Assembly: GCA_013043705.1 (NCBI GenBank)
Contig: JABDNS010000098.1
Location: 1-59,904 of the forward strand
Source: Pseudomonadales bacterium
GTDB taxonomy: Bacteria > Pseudomonadota > Gammaproteobacteria > Pseudomonadales > UBA7434
DNA length: 59,904 nt
Direction of reading: 5' to 3'
The first letter of the stretch is position 1. Every line of letters begins with the position of its first letter. The notes beneath the pieces were generated by a model, which worked only from the letters and a program-made list of their open reading frames with translations, was not told the DNA's origin and did not search any database. Positions 1-10,886 of this stretch are shown piece after piece. Both the position numbers and the translations under genes were made by a program.

Positions 1-14
1 CAGCGAGGGCGCGC

Positions 15-43
15 ATTCTAACCGCCTGCCCATGGAATTGCAA
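15..43 (-). promoter_or_regulatory. Putative sigma70 promoter firing leftward out of the window (TTGCAA-17 nt-TAGAAT on minus strand)
   Basis: Minus strand reads TTGCAA (43..38), a 17-nt spacer, then TAGAAT (20..15). The palindromic TTGCAA could also serve a weaker plus-strand TAGAAT at 63..68 (19-nt spacer). Sequence pattern only. Confidence 0.3.
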
Positions 44-190
44 AGCCGCCCCTTGGCCGCTGTAGAATCGTAAACTTGTCTAAAAATCCGGTACTTGCGC
101 GGGAGCATTTGCGATAATAGACGTCTAAGCCAGATACCATCTTCACATCCGCAGGTGGCCATTGGGGCCCCAGCCAGCGAGGGCATTAGC

Positions 191-712
191 ATGCAAGCAT
201 TTTTCAGTAAATCACCATCAAATCGGGCCAAATCCGGCCGCAGCGCCCTGTGGGTGGGTGCACTGCTGGTTTTTGTCGCACTGCAGGCCTGCGTGCCTGC
301 TCGGCAAACGGGCACGGCCTATTCGCGCGAGGAGGCCCGGCACCTGCAGCAAATTGAGCTGGGTACGGTGGTTGAAGTTACGCCCGTGGTTATCGAGGGC
401 ACCAAAACCGGTGCGGGTGGCGCGGTCGGCGGCGCGGTCGGCGGTATTGCCGGTTCCGCAAGCAGCAGCGGCACGGCCGGTGAAATTGTCGGGGTGCTGG
501 CTGGCGTAGCCGGCGCGGTTGTGGGCGCCAAGGTAGAGGAGGCGGTTACCAGCGCCAACGGCGCGGAATACACCATTAGGCTGGAAAGCGGCGAGGTGAT
601 TTCCGTGGTGCAAGCGATTGATAACAAAGCCGAGCCGATTACGGCTGGCGACCGCGTGAAACTACTCTCACAACACGGTACTTACCGGGTCACCCGGCTC
701 GCAACCCAATAA
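191..712 (+). CDS. slyB: SlyB-like outer-membrane lipoprotein (glycine-zipper 2TM)
   Basis: Internal ATG at 191 of ORF 95..712. Signal peptide ends in LQAC. Gly/Ala zipper [16 protein letters not shown]...GVAGAVVGA. Same architecture as E. coli SlyB. Confidence 0.8.
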   Translation: MQAFFSKSPSNRAKSGRSALWVGALLVFVALQACVPARQTGTAYSREEARHLQQIELGTVVEVTPVVIEGTKTGAGGAVGGAVGGIAGSASSSGTAGEIVGVLAGVAGAVVGAKVEEAVTSANGAEYTIRLESGEVISVVQAIDNKAEPITAGDRVKLLSQHGTYRVTRLATQ

Positions 713-773
713 CGCGCACTGCTTTCAAATATCCTGCGCGCCGCTCTTCATTCTTGCTATTTGGAGCTTGCCC

Positions 774-1805
774 TTGCTGGTGCTCGGCATAGAAACCTCC
801 TGCGACGAAACCGGCGTTGCGCTCTACCATAGCGAGCGCGGCCTGCTGGCGCAGGCGCTGCATAGCCAAATTGATTTGCACCAGCAGCACGGTGGCGTGG
901 TGCCCGAGCTGGCCTCGCGAGACCATGTGCGCAAAGCACTGCCAATGATCGATGCGTTGCTGCAAGAGGCCAACGTTAAAGCCACCGATATCAACGGCGT
1001 TGCCTACACGGCGGGCCCGGGTTTAATTGGTGCCTTGCTGGTTGGGGCCTCGCTGGGGCGTGCGCTGGCTATGGGCTGGGGTGTGCCCGCGCTGGGTGTG
1101 CACCATATGGAAGGCCATTTGCTGGCGCCCATGCTTGAACAGAATCCCCCGGAGTTTCCGTTTGTTGCGCTGCTGGTTTCTGGCGGACATACGCAATTGG
1201 TAGACGTAGAGGGAATTGGTCGTTATCGACTGTTGGGCGAGTCGGTTGATGATGCCGCCGGAGAGGCCTTCGACAAAACCGCCAAGCTACTGGGCTTGCC
1301 GTACCCCGGCGGGCCGGCTATTGCCAAAATTGCCGAGCAGGGTCGCGCCGGGCAATATGAATTCCCACGGCCCATGGTGAACCGGCCTGGGCTCGATTTT
1401 AGTTTTAGCGGCCTGAAGACCTACGCAAAAAATGCCATTGCGCAGCACGGCGCGCCCGAACAGCTTAGCGAGCAAACCCGCGCCGACCTGGCGCTGGCGT
1501 TCGAGCAAGCTGTTGTAAGCACCTTGTGCATTAAGTGTCGCCGCGCGCTGCAACAAACCGGACGCAAGCGTTTAGTTATTGCCGGTGGTGTTAGCGCTAA
1601 CCGCCGCTTGCGCCACGACCTGGGTGCAACGCTTGAAAAATTAAACGCCGAACTGTTTTATGCGCGCCCGGAGTTTTGTACCGACAATGGTGCGATGATT
1701 GCATTGGCCGGTGCGCTGAGGCTGGTGGCCGGCCAGCACGATGGCAGCGCGATAGAAGTTTTTCCGCGCTGGCCACTCACCGATCTTGCGGCGCTGCAAG
1801 CCTAG
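774..1805 (+). CDS. tsaD: tRNA N6-adenosine threonylcarbamoyltransferase TsaD
   Basis: [16 protein letters not shown]-terminus and [10 protein letters not shown] motif typical of TsaD/Gcp. The start is non-ATG. TTG at 774 has the best spacing to GGAG at 763..766; the track start is 768. Confidence 0.94.
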   Translation: MLVLGIETSCDETGVALYHSERGLLAQALHSQIDLHQQHGGVVPELASRDHVRKALPMIDALLQEANVKATDINGVAYTAGPGLIGALLVGASLGRALAMGWGVPALGVHHMEGHLLAPMLEQNPPEFPFVALLVSGGHTQLVDVEGIGRYRLLGESVDDAAGEAFDKTAKLLGLPYPGGPAIAKIAEQGRAGQYEFPRPMVNRPGLDFSFSGLKTYAKNAIAQHGAPEQLSEQTRADLALAFEQAVVSTLCIKCRRALQQTGRKRLVIAGGVSANRRLRHDLGATLEKLNAELFYARPEFCTDNGAMIALAGALRLVAGQHDGSAIEVFPRWPLTDLAALQA

Positions 1806-1826
1806 TGGATTTTTTGGAGCAGTAGT

Positions 1827-2183
1827 GTGGCCACTATTTTTATTGAGCAGCTTTGCGTTGAAACCCTTATCGGGATTCACGATTGGGAGCGCAAGGTGCC
1901 TCAGGCGCTGTACTTTGATATTGAAGCCGAGGCGGATATTAGTGCCGCAGCCAAAAGCGATTCGATAGACGATGCGCTCAATTACACCGCGATGGCTGAA
2001 GCAATCGAGCAATTTGTGTATGAATCAAAGCGTTTGTTGCTCGAATCGCTGGTGCAGGACCTGGCAGCGTATTTATTGAAGCAATTTACAGCGGTACAGA
2101 ATTTGCAAATTACCGTGCGAAAACCGCAGGCCATAGCGGCGGCCGATTGTGCGGGCATACGCGTGCAGGTATCACGCAACTAA
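1827..2183 (+). CDS. folB: Dihydroneopterin aldolase FolB
   Basis: 118 aa. IFIEQL..ETLIGIHDWER resembles FolB. GTG start with GGAG 7 nt upstream. Confidence 0.88.
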   Translation: MATIFIEQLCVETLIGIHDWERKVPQALYFDIEAEADISAAAKSDSIDDALNYTAMAEAIEQFVYESKRLLLESLVQDLAAYLLKQFTAVQNLQITVRKPQAIAAADCAGIRVQVSRN

Positions 2184-2206
2184 CAATAAATATTTTTTTA
2201 GCGAAT

Positions 2207-3427
2207 TCAGGCAAATTGCTTCTTCAGGGCGGCCAGCGCCACCTTGCGTGCATTGCGCACCGCTTCGCCCACCGCCGGGCCCGTTAAGCCGTTGGCCACG
2301 AACTCGGCGGCGTCAATATTTTCTGTAGCGGCAAGTGCCTGGCGCAGTAACAATAACGAGGCGGCACTTTCTTCGCCATGTCCGGCGCTTCCGGCAAGAC
2401 ATTCGGCTACTTCGATTAATTGCAAAAATTCTTCACCGCGGCGCCACGCATCCCCGCGCTCCATGAGTGCCAGCAGCGCATCGGGCCTGGCCTTCACCGC
2501 CTGCAGCATAAAGTTGGCGTGCATCGCGGCCAATTCGCCCAATCGGGCAGGGCGGGCGGGCGCACAAACGCGCGCGCAGGCGCTCGCTACCGCTTGCCTG
2601 GCGCTATCGTTTTCTGCCTGGCCGGCGCTGCGCAAGTTGGCCGGTTGGGCGTTGGCAGCCAATGCATGACAGCACAGTGCCCAGCGCACGGCGATATTTG
2701 CTGAGCGCTGGCTAGCGCTGCGTAGCGCCAATAATAATCGCTCACCCACATTGGGCGCCGCTCCGCGCAGGTTATCGGTTGCACGCCAGCGTTTTTCAAG
2801 CTCGGGCAGCAATGCTTGCAGCGCGTCACATTGGTAAAGCGCCTGCATAAAGGCATCGGGAGAGGGCGAACCAAGGCCCTTGTCGAATTCGCGCCAAACG
2901 CGTTCAGCTGGCAAGCTTTGCAGCTCGCCGGAGGCCGAAATAGTTTTCATTAGCGCCATCGTTTCGGACGCAATACTAAAACCCAAGTGGTGCAGCTTTG
3001 CCTTGAAGCGGGCAACGCGCAGTACGCGTAGCGGGTCTTCAATAAACGCATCGGAAACATGGCGCAACTGGCGCTGCGCGATATCGTCGAGGCCACCGAA
3101 AGGGTCGACGAGCTTGCCGCCTGCATCGCGCGCGATCGCATTGATTGTTAAGTCGCGGCGCTGCAGGTCTTGTTCCAGCGTTACATTGGGGTTCGCATCA
3201 ATATTAAAACCGGTGTGACCAATGCCTTTTTTGCGCTCGGTGCGCGCCAGCGCATATTCCTCTTTGCTTTCGGGGTGCAGGAAAACCGGAAAGTTTTTGC
3301 CTACCTGTTGGTAGCCTTGAGCTAACAAATCATCTGGGGTCGCGCCGATAACCACCCAGTCGCGTTCGTGCACTGGCAAGCCAAGTAGCTCGTCGCGCAC
3401 CGCTCCGCCAACCAGGTAAATTTGCAT
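2207..3427 (-). CDS. cca: CCA-adding tRNA nucleotidyltransferase
   Basis: [16 protein letters not shown]...RDLTINA motifs. The true start is the internal ATG at 3427 of ORF 2207..3535. Confidence 0.92.
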   Translation of the reverse strand: MQIYLVGGAVRDELLGLPVHERDWVVIGATPDDLLAQGYQQVGKNFPVFLHPESKEEYALARTERKKGIGHTGFNIDANPNVTLEQDLQRRDLTINAIARDAGGKLVDPFGGLDDIAQRQLRHVSDAFIEDPLRVLRVARFKAKLHHLGFSIASETMALMKTISASGELQSLPAERVWREFDKGLGSPSPDAFMQALYQCDALQALLPELEKRWRATDNLRGAAPNVGERLLLALRSASQRSANIAVRWALCCHALAANAQPANLRSAGQAENDSARQAVASACARVCAPARPARLGELAAMHANFMLQAVKARPDALLALMERGDAWRRGEEFLQLIEVAECLAGSAGHGEESAASLLLLRQALAATENIDAAEFVANGLTGPAVGEAVRNARKVALAALKKQFA

Positions 3428-3465
3428 GCGCTTATTCCTTTGCCTTGGCCTAGACTTGCGTAGGC

Positions 3466-4278
3466 CTAAGCCTGCGCCTGGGCAATAAATAAATCGTGTG
3501 TGTCCAGCTGCATGAGTGTGAGCGACCGGCCCCATACGCAGCCACTGTCGAGCCCGAACAGGTTGTGGTTATTAATGTAGCCACCCAGCGCGGCCCAGTG
3601 CCCGAAAATAATGCGCAGCTCGCTGTTGTTGCGCTCGGGGTGTAGAAACCAGGGGTAGTATCCATCGGGCACGTTGTTAAGGTCATTCTTGTAACCAAGG
3701 TTGAGCGCGCCGCGGGCATCCACCAGGCGCATGCGCGTAAAGTAATTGGTAATGCAGCGCAACCTGGCATAGCCGCTTAAATCGTCTTGCCAAAGGTTGG
3801 GCTCGTCGCCGTACATGTGCTCAAAAAATTCACTTGCGCGCTTGCCCTGTAGGACTTTCTCCACTTCGGCCGATAGTGCCAGCGCCTGGTCCAGGCTCCA
3901 CTGCGGTGCAATACCCGCGTGCGCCATGGTATAGCCAAGCTTTTCATCGTGCCAACAAAGCGGCAGGGTTTGCAGCCAGCCTAGCCACTCTTCGCATTGG
4001 GGTGCAGCAAGAATTTTATCGAAGGTGTCGCTGCGTTTGGGTTTGCGCACACCGTGTTGAATGGCGAGTAAATGCAAATCGTGGTTGCCAAGCACCGCTC
4101 GTACGGATTTACGATTTTCGTATAGGTAGCGCAGCGTGGCCTTGCATTTATTGCCGCGATTTACAAAGTCGCCCACTACCCAAAGCTGGTCTTTGGCCGG
4201 GTTAAACGCAACTTGCTCCAGCACGTCCATCAGCTCGGCGTAGCAACCCTGTATGTCACCGACTGCGTAGGTTGCCAT
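3466..4278 (-). CDS. apaH: Bis(5'-nucleosyl)-tetraphosphatase, symmetrical (ApaH)
   Basis: [13 protein letters not shown]...GDFVNRG...GNHD metallophosphatase motifs. Conserved position next to apaG. Confidence 0.95.
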   Translation of the reverse strand: MATYAVGDIQGCYAELMDVLEQVAFNPAKDQLWVVGDFVNRGNKCKATLRYLYENRKSVRAVLGNHDLHLLAIQHGVRKPKRSDTFDKILAAPQCEEWLGWLQTLPLCWHDEKLGYTMAHAGIAPQWSLDQALALSAEVEKVLQGKRASEFFEHMYGDEPNLWQDDLSGYARLRCITNYFTRMRLVDARGALNLGYKNDLNNVPDGYYPWFLHPERNNSELRIIFGHWAALGGYINNHNLFGLDSGCVWGRSLTLMQLDTHDLFIAQAQA

Positions 4279-4364
4279 GTAAAAAATTTACCGCGTTGAA
4301 TGCCGCATCGCCGGTTTTGCTGCAGCGAAGCAGGTATTGATAGAAATAGTTGCCGCTGTTGCTA

Positions 4365-4757
4365 TTAATTGAGTGCGCCAGGATGCACCAGCCCGAAGGG
4401 GTGAATGAAGGTGTCGAATACTGCACCGGATTCGCTGCGCATTGTGTAACTGCCTTCCATGGTGCCGGTTCGCGTGCCCAGGATGGCGCCACTGCTGTAG
4501 CGAAATATTTTGCCTGGCGGAATATGCGGCTGCTCGCCAACCACGCCGTCGCCGCGCACTTCGCGCACAGCGTTATTGCCATCGGTAATGATCCAGTGCC
4601 TGGACAGCAGCTGGATAGGTTCGCTACCGCGATTGCTTACCTCTACGGTATAGGCAAACACGTATTCACCATCTTCGGGGTTGGATTGCTCGGCCAGATA
4701 ACGCGGTTCGACGTTAACCCCAATGCATTGCTGCCATTTGTCCCGTTCTTTTTCCAT
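4365..4757 (-). CDS. apaG: ApaG (DUF525) protein
   Basis: 130 aa. YVFAYTV.V.N.G...QLLSRHWIITDGNN is the ApaG signature. Sits within apaG-apaH synteny. Confidence 0.93.
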   Translation of the reverse strand: MEKERDKWQQCIGVNVEPRYLAEQSNPEDGEYVFAYTVEVSNRGSEPIQLLSRHWIITDGNNAVREVRGDGVVGEQPHIPPGKIFRYSSGAILGTRTGTMEGSYTMRSESGAVFDTFIHPFGLVHPGALN

Positions 4758-4802
4758 GCGCTGATTATGCCGCAGTTGCAGGATTTTTGCAGTTTTCGCT
4801 AG

Positions 4803-5663
4803 CTATTGCTGTGAAGCCTGCACCGCATTGGCAATCTTCACGAAGTCAGCCACCTGCAGGGTTTCCGCGCGATCGCCCGGCGCTATAGACAGTGCCTGGA
4901 GCTGCTCGGCAGAACAAAAAGTTTTCAGCGTGTTTCGCAGGGTCTTGCGTCGCTGCGCAAATGCGGCTGTAACCAATCTAGACAGCAGCGCCTCATCGTT
5001 TGCTTTACAGGGCGGAATTGCGTAGGGGGCGATGCGCAAAATAGCCGATTCCACCGCGGGCCGCGGCGAGAAGGCGCTGGAGGGAACGGAAAACAGTCGC
5101 TCTACCGCAGCGTAATACTGCAGCGTTACGCTCAGCCGTCCGTACTGTTTGCCGCCAGGTACGGCGCAGATACGATCGACGACTTCCTGCTGCAGCATAA
5201 AGTGCATATCTGAAAACAGTAGCGCGTGGTCGCCTTGTTGCGCGGCAAAGTGTTGCTGCTGTTCGAGCAAGTGAAAAAGCAGTGGCGTTGAAATGTTGTA
5301 GGGCAGGTTGCCTACCACGCGAAGCCTGTGCGAGCCACTGGCCAGTGCGGTGAAGTCGAACGCCAATGCATCGGCTTGTTGTAATTGGATGTGCGGGTTG
5401 CCGGCCACCCAGTTGCCAAGTTTGGCGGTAAGATCTCGATCGATTTCCACCAGCGTCAGTTTGCCACTATCGCGAAGTGATTCACCCAGTGGTTTACTTA
5501 GTGCGCCAAGTCCCGGGCCAATTTCAACAACATGGTCACCGCTGCGCGGGCTTATTGCCGCCAGCAGTTGCGCAATAATGGCTTCATCATTTAAGAAATT
5601 TTGGCCGAAGCGTTTGCGCGCGCGATGCCCCTGCGTGGCAGAACTATCGCTTGCCTCGCTCAC
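4803..5663 (-). CDS. rsmA: 16S rRNA (adenine1518/1519-N6)-dimethyltransferase RsmA/KsgA
   Basis: KRFGQNFL, VVEIGPGLGAL and GNLPYNISTP motifs. Overlaps the pdxA stop by 4 nt. Confidence 0.95.
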   Translation of the reverse strand: MSEASDSSATQGHRARKRFGQNFLNDEAIIAQLLAAISPRSGDHVVEIGPGLGALSKPLGESLRDSGKLTLVEIDRDLTAKLGNWVAGNPHIQLQQADALAFDFTALASGSHRLRVVGNLPYNISTPLLFHLLEQQQHFAAQQGDHALLFSDMHFMLQQEVVDRICAVPGGKQYGRLSVTLQYYAAVERLFSVPSSAFSPRPAVESAILRIAPYAIPPCKANDEALLSRLVTAAFAQRRKTLRNTLKTFCSAEQLQALSIAPGDRAETLQVADFVKIANAVQASQQ

Positions 5664-6727
5664 AATGATTTGTCGCTGCGCTTGCCGGAGCCGTCGCGGC
5701 GTCGGTTACACAATGTTTCAGCCAAGCCCAGCGCGGCGCGCAAGCTGCTATCGTCTGCGCGGCCGCTGCCAGCCAGGTCAAACGCGGTGCCGTGGTCTAC
5801 CGAGGTGCGAATAAACGGCAAGCCCAGCGTAATGTTTACCGCTTGCCCGAAGCTGTGCGACTTAAGCACTGGCAAACCCTGGTCGTGGTACATGGCCAGC
5901 ACCGCATCGGCGCCTGCCAGGTGCCGATGGGTGAACAATGTGTCGGCTGGCATCGGGTTAGACAAGTCCATACCTTTTGCACGCAGGGCTTCTATACAAG
6001 GCTGGATGATGTCGATTTCTTCGCGGCCAAGGTCACCCTGTTCGCCAGCATGCGGGTTAAGCCCGCAAACCAGGATGCGCGGATTGGCAATGCCAAACTG
6101 TTCCTGTAAGCCTCGCTGCAAGATGCGCAGCGTCTCGGCCAACATCGCCTGGTTTATCGCATCCGGAACCGCCGCTAGCGGCAAGTGTGTGGTTGCCAGT
6201 GCAACGCGCAGCGCGGCGGGCAAGTGCGCGGGTTTTTCTGCTGCCAGCAACATCACAACTTTTTCGCACCCGCAGCGTTTCGCGAAGTATTCGGTGTGCC
6301 CCGAGAAAAAGCTTGCGCCATCACCGTCGCCATCCGCAAGACCTGCATTAATCAGGTACTTGTTCACCGGCCCGGTAACCACGGCGTCGATGTGCCCGGC
6401 TAGAGCAAAGTCTATTGCTGAATCGAGGGTGTTCAATACGTAACGCGCGTGGTCGGCGTTGCCAGCGCCGGGCTCTGGCAGTGTGGCCAGTTCCGCGGGC
6501 ACAACTTCCAGGCAGCCTGGCGCTGGCAAGCCAGGCTTCTTTTTACAGAATTCGCTAACGGTTAACGGCAGGTTTAGCCTTTGCGCTCGATCGAGCAACA
6601 GCTTTGGGTCGGCAAATGCAACCAGGCGCGCATTGTGCTGCTGCTGCGCTACCTGCACCAGCAGATCAGGGCCGATGCCCGCGGGTTCACCAGGGGTAAT
6701 AGCAATGCATGGGGCTATTGAAGGCAT
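5660..6727 (-). CDS. pdxA: 4-hydroxythreonine-4-phosphate dehydrogenase PdxA
   Basis: ITPGEPAGIGPDL, GLNPHAGE and TSVDHGTAFD motifs. surA-pdxA-rsmA synteny. Confidence 0.95.
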   Translation of the reverse strand: MPSIAPCIAITPGEPAGIGPDLLVQVAQQQHNARLVAFADPKLLLDRAQRLNLPLTVSEFCKKKPGLPAPGCLEVVPAELATLPEPGAGNADHARYVLNTLDSAIDFALAGHIDAVVTGPVNKYLINAGLADGDGDGASFFSGHTEYFAKRCGCEKVVMLLAAEKPAHLPAALRVALATTHLPLAAVPDAINQAMLAETLRILQRGLQEQFGIANPRILVCGLNPHAGEQGDLGREEIDIIQPCIEALRAKGMDLSNPMPADTLFTHRHLAGADAVLAMYHDQGLPVLKSHSFGQAVNITLGLPFIRTSVDHGTAFDLAGSGRADDSSLRAALGLAETLCNRRRDGSGKRSDKSL

Positions 6728-6769
6728 TGAATGGGCAACCCGGTTTTCGCAGCGTGCGCAGCGCGTGCG

Positions 6770-8092
6770 TTATTTAATTTCGACGAAGGACTCGTCGCGC
6801 AGTTTTTGTAGCCAGTTGTTCAGTTCGTCTTCGAACTTGCCTTCGGCAATAATCAACCTGGCGCGCTCCTTGGCGCGCTCGCGGGTGAAGTCGGTTTCGC
6901 GACGATCTATTACTTGCAGAATGTGCCAGCCAAAGGGTGACTCAAACGGCGGCGACACTTCTTCCAGCGCCATAATATCCATTACCGATTCAAATGCCGG
7001 AACCATTTTACCCGGTGCATTCCAGCCAAGGTCGCCACCGCGAAGCGCCGAGCCTGGATCATCAGAGTATTGGCGCGCCAGTGCGGCAAAATCTTCACCG
7101 GCAGCAAGTTTGGCGGCTACTTCTTGTGCCAACTCGCGAGCCTGTTGTTCATCGCGGATCTCGTTGGGTGTAATAAGAATGTGGCGTACCTTGGTTTCAC
7201 GTAGCGTGCCCTCAATACCGCCTCGCTGATCGATTAGCTTCACCAGGTGCAGGCCGCTATCACTTCGCACGACCTCGCTAACCTCGCCTTTCTGCAAGCC
7301 GCTAACGGTTTCACCAAACAGCGAGGGGATGTCGGCTTTGCGTCGCCAACCCAGTGGCGCATGACGTGCGCCAGCTGCTTCCAGCTCGCTGGCAAGTTCG
7401 GCAAATAGTTTGTCTGCAGCCAGCTTGGCCAGGTTCTGCATGGTACTTTCGGCACGCTGCCTTTGTTGTTTAGTTGCGCCTTCTGGTAACGGTAATAAAA
7501 TGTGGTCTAGCTGGAATTCGGGTTCCAGCAAGGCCTGGCCTTCGCTGGATTGCAGAAAATTTTCAACTTCGCTATCGGCTATATTCATGCCGCGCATAAC
7601 GCCGCGTTGTTGCACGCGGCGAATCAGCATTTCCTTGCGCATTTGCTCGCGCGCTTCCAGGTATGACTGGCCGCTTTGCTCTAGTGCTTCGCGAAATTGC
7701 GGTAGTGTTAGGCGATTTTGTTCAGCCACGCGTTGCATGGCATCGTTCAAGTCCTGGTCGGAAATGCGCAGGCCACTACGATAGGCGCGCTGCAACTGCA
7801 GCGAATCGATAATGGCGCGCTCCAGTACTTGCTCGTAAATAATTTTGTCGGGCGGAAGCTCGGTGCCACGCGCGGCCAGCGTGCGTTTTAACTGGCGCAT
7901 ATCGTTGCGCACCTGGCTGGCCAGCACCACGTCATCTTCTGCGATGGCGACCACGCGATCGAGCAGCTGGTATTCGGCAGTGCTCGTTTGCGCAATCAAA
8001 AGCAGCGCGCTAAGCAGTGCAAGGTTTGCGCAGCGTGTGGCCAGGCGTTTACTGATTAACTTCGTAACCAAAAATGGATTCCTCCAATACAT
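6770..8092 (-). CDS. surA: Periplasmic chaperone / peptidyl-prolyl isomerase SurA
   Basis: SurA N-domain plus two parvulin repeats (HILI...GGDLGW...FGWHI). The ATG at 8092 precedes the signal peptide LALLSALLLIAQTSTA and overlaps the lptD 3' end. The track start 8179 is probably too long. Confidence 0.9.
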   Translation of the reverse strand: MYWRNPFLVTKLISKRLATRCANLALLSALLLIAQTSTAEYQLLDRVVAIAEDDVVLASQVRNDMRQLKRTLAARGTELPPDKIIYEQVLERAIIDSLQLQRAYRSGLRISDQDLNDAMQRVAEQNRLTLPQFREALEQSGQSYLEAREQMRKEMLIRRVQQRGVMRGMNIADSEVENFLQSSEGQALLEPEFQLDHILLPLPEGATKQQRQRAESTMQNLAKLAADKLFAELASELEAAGARHAPLGWRRKADIPSLFGETVSGLQKGEVSEVVRSDSGLHLVKLIDQRGGIEGTLRETKVRHILITPNEIRDEQQARELAQEVAAKLAAGEDFAALARQYSDDPGSALRGGDLGWNAPGKMVPAFESVMDIMALEEVSPPFESPFGWHILQVIDRRETDFTRERAKERARLIIAEGKFEDELNNWLQKLRDESFVEIK

Positions 8093-10643
8093 TCTGTAGC
8101 CCGCGGCCAACGCCCGCCAAGCCTTTGAATTCAACTTGTATATAAAAAGTGTGATCACGCACCGCACGTACGCCCGCACCGGGCGCGTCGTCGAGCGGTG
8201 CGTATATTAAGCCATCGCGATATACCAGCCGCAACTGCAGGCAGCAGTCGTCGAACTGCAGCCCAATTAGCGATTCTGCGCTGCGCCCGCCAGTCAGGTC
8301 GTATTGGTAGCGCGCCAGCAATTGCCAGCTATCGTTCAATGCAGTGACCACGCTGGCGTCCACTTGTTCAATATCTTCTGCTAGTAACAGGTCGGCCGGG
8401 TTGGCCCGCCAGTAGCGATATCCCAAGTTGGCCAGTTGCCTGCCACCGCCGGGAATTTCATCGCCGCGATAACGCAATTGCCAGCTGCCGCGCTGCATGC
8501 GGTTGGAATCGCTTTGCCATTGCAGGTTACCAACGCTTTGCAGGCGTTTGCTGTGCTGCCAGCGATAGTCGCCAAGCAGCGCCGAGCGTGTTTCGCTTTC
8601 CAGCCCGCTAATGGCCGATGCAATGTCGATGCCACGCAGCGTGCGTCGGTCGAAGAAAAATACCTGGCCCAATGTTAGCTCGCCGCGCTGGTAGCCTTCG
8701 CGTGCAAATACTGCGTGGGTTACGCCGGCGCTCAGTTGTTCTGCGGGCTCTAGCAAGTCGTAGCCGGCGATACGTGAATTACCAAACAACAGCTGCGTGT
8801 TGCTACTGTGCCATTTGCTATCGAATAGCGGTATGTCTTGTGTATCGCTGGCGCTACTACCCAGTGCCCGGTGCAGGTAGCGCAAGCGGGGCGTAACTAC
8901 GCGCCGGGAAACTGTGTTATCGGCCTGCTTTTTCAGCTTTAACCAATTGGCGCTGACGTCGAAAGCTGCAAATCGGGCCGTTTGCGAGGGCTTGCGTTCG
9001 TTTCGACCGGGCAATGCCGAATCCAGGTTGTACTGCAGATGCTGCAAACCGAGTGAGGGTGTTATCTCAAGCCCTCGCCAATTTATTGGTAGTTCGAAAT
9101 CCAGTTGACCAAAGCCGCGCTCACCACCCGTGAGGGTGTCGTGTTGATAGGACGCGGCGCGAAGTTCCAGGTGGGTAGCCACCTGGCCTGCACTTGCGGG
9201 GCGCTGGTAATTAAGCCAAAGCTCCGGCTCGGTAGCGTAGGGTCGCAATGATTGTTGCAGCGAGGTGTCTAGCGTTTGAAAGCGTTGCGCGTTGACGCCG
9301 AGCGCTAGATAGTTTTTATGCCACGCCACGCTGGCGCGCTGTTCCAGGTGGGTACTGCGATTCACGGCAATACTGCTGGCGCTAAGGTCGCGCAAATAAT
9401 TGGCGTCGCTGGTTCGGGTAAAAACAATTTCCGACGAAAGTCCGTTTTGTGCTTCGCCGCGCTCCTTGATATCCAGCAGCCAGCGATCCTGGTTGGTTTT
9501 GTCGTCGTCGCCAATATAGGCGCCACTCAGTGCCCACTCATCAAAAAAGTTGAGCCAGCGCAGCTCGCCCTCGGTAAGGTAACCAGCTTCGCTTACAAAA
9601 CGCGGTGTTAGCGTAGCGTCAATATTAGGCGCGATGTTGAAGTAGTAGGGCAGGGCCAGGTCGGTACCCGCACGCGTATCCGAAAGCCGTGGGAACAGCA
9701 GGCCGGACTGTCGCTGGTCGCCAATCGGAAATCGTGCATAGGGAAAATAGAGCACCGGGGTATTGTAGAGTCGCAGCGTCGCATCGCGAGCGCTGCCTTG
9801 CCCGTTTTCAGTATCCAGCGCAATGCGTCCCGCACGCACCTCCCAGTGTTTATTGTTTTCCGGGCAACGGGTATAGCTGCCGTTGTCGATGCTAACCCGG
9901 CGCTGGGCATCGATGCTGATGCTGTCGGCCCGGCCACGCGTGCCTCTATCGCGCAATTCGTATTCTGCGTCTTCAATATGGCTGGAATTGTCGCTTAGGT
10001 TTACTTCGGCGCGCGCGCCTTGTACTTTCGCCATCGGCACGTCAGCGCTTATTTCGCCTTCAAGCTCCACTACCTGCGAAACGCGGTTATAAGTGGCGCG
10101 CTGGGCTTTCAGTTTTGCAGCACCGCTGGTAATTTCTACCTCCCCCACGTACTCGGCTACGTTCTCTAGCAGGTTCAGTTCCAGCGCGCTGGCTTCAACC
10201 GGTGTGCCCGGCGGTTTCACAAGGTCTATATTCGCAGCTGTGCTGTCATCGTTGGCGCCGTTTCCGGCTGGCGCGGCGTTACAGCCCTGCGATGCTGAGG
10301 TTACAGGCGCGGTGGTGCTTTTTATGGGAGCCTCGGCGCTTTCTACAGTAGCCGCAGCGCTTTCTACAGGAGCCGCAGCGCCTTCAACAGCCATAGCAGC
10401 GCTGGCAGGCGGTGCGGTTTTAACGTCAATCGCTGGTTGCATTGATTGTGTTGATTCGCCTGCTTGCGCGGCTGCTGTTTTCGGATTGCCCGCCGGCTGG
10501 CTTTTACAGCTGCGAATCGTTACGCCCTGTTCTACTATGTCGCGGCAGAGCCAACCATCGTTTGCGATGGTTTCAGCGCGGCTAGCCTGGGCTGGCAGCA
10601 GCACTAGTAGGATGCACAGCACTACCGCGCGCGGTTGCGTCAT
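8049..10643 (-). CDS. lptD: LPS-assembly outer-membrane protein LptD
   Basis: Large beta-barrel protein upstream of surA. C-terminal DDCC cysteine pair. The internal ATG at 10643 gives signal peptide MTQPRAVVLCILLVLLPAQA. Confidence 0.92.
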   Translation of the reverse strand: MTQPRAVVLCILLVLLPAQASRAETIANDGWLCRDIVEQGVTIRSCKSQPAGNPKTAAAQAGESTQSMQPAIDVKTAPPASAAMAVEGAAAPVESAAATVESAEAPIKSTTAPVTSASQGCNAAPAGNGANDDSTAANIDLVKPPGTPVEASALELNLLENVAEYVGEVEITSGAAKLKAQRATYNRVSQVVELEGEISADVPMAKVQGARAEVNLSDNSSHIEDAEYELRDRGTRGRADSISIDAQRRVSIDNGSYTRCPENNKHWEVRAGRIALDTENGQGSARDATLRLYNTPVLYFPYARFPIGDQRQSGLLFPRLSDTRAGTDLALPYYFNIAPNIDATLTPRFVSEAGYLTEGELRWLNFFDEWALSGAYIGDDDKTNQDRWLLDIKERGEAQNGLSSEIVFTRTSDANYLRDLSASSIAVNRSTHLEQRASVAWHKNYLALGVNAQRFQTLDTSLQQSLRPYATEPELWLNYQRPASAGQVATHLELRAASYQHDTLTGGERGFGQLDFELPINWRGLEITPSLGLQHLQYNLDSALPGRNERKPSQTARFAAFDVSANWLKLKKQADNTVSRRVVTPRLRYLHRALGSSASDTQDIPLFDSKWHSSNTQLLFGNSRIAGYDLLEPAEQLSAGVTHAVFAREGYQRGELTLGQVFFFDRRTLRGIDIASAISGLESETRSALLGDYRWQHSKRLQSVGNLQWQSDSNRMQRGSWQLRYRGDEIPGGGRQLANLGYRYWRANPADLLLAEDIEQVDASVVTALNDSWQLLARYQYDLTGGRSAESLIGLQFDDCCLQLRLVYRDGLIYAPLDDAPGAGVRAVRDHTFYIQVEFKGLAGVGRGLQNVLEESIFGYEVNQ
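10336..10398 (-). repeat. 3 x 21-bp imperfect tandem repeat inside lptD
   Basis: Plus strand shows gcgctttctacag.agccgcagc at 10336, 10357 and (diverged) 10378. It encodes AAPVESA/AATVESA/EAPIKST in an Ala/Pro-rich segment. Confidence 0.7.
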
Positions 10644-10886
10644 TATCGATTGTACGTTTTGGCTGCTAGAGCTGCGCAGCTGTATTTTTTGGCTAGAGGA
10701 CAAACGCTTTTTCTTCTCTTGGCGACAGGGTTAAATGCTATGCTTGCCTTGCGAAAAGGCGTTTGTTGCACTGCGCGATAATAATCGATTCTGCGCTGCG
10801 TTTCTCAACACAAACTGCCATTTTATTGCGCAGCTCCATTGCCTACAGGTGAAAATCGGCGTGAAATCGGTAAGCAGGCCTTCCTC

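Noticed and set aside
1-40. Minus-strand GGCGGTTAGAATGCGCGCC resembling a tRNA D-arm at the window edge
   Set aside because: No valid anticodon loop follows (no U33 or purine-37 pattern). It is better explained as a -10 TAGAAT promoter element.
5601-7229. Long antisense ORFs (5601..6443, 6459..7229; also 10093..10734, 28464..29210, 39620..40273, 45234..45776, 53920..54585, 56190..56717)
   Set aside because: These are shadow ORFs opposite well-supported genes in GC-rich sequence. Their translations are Ala/Arg/Ser/Cys-rich and low-complexity, with no recognisable motifs.
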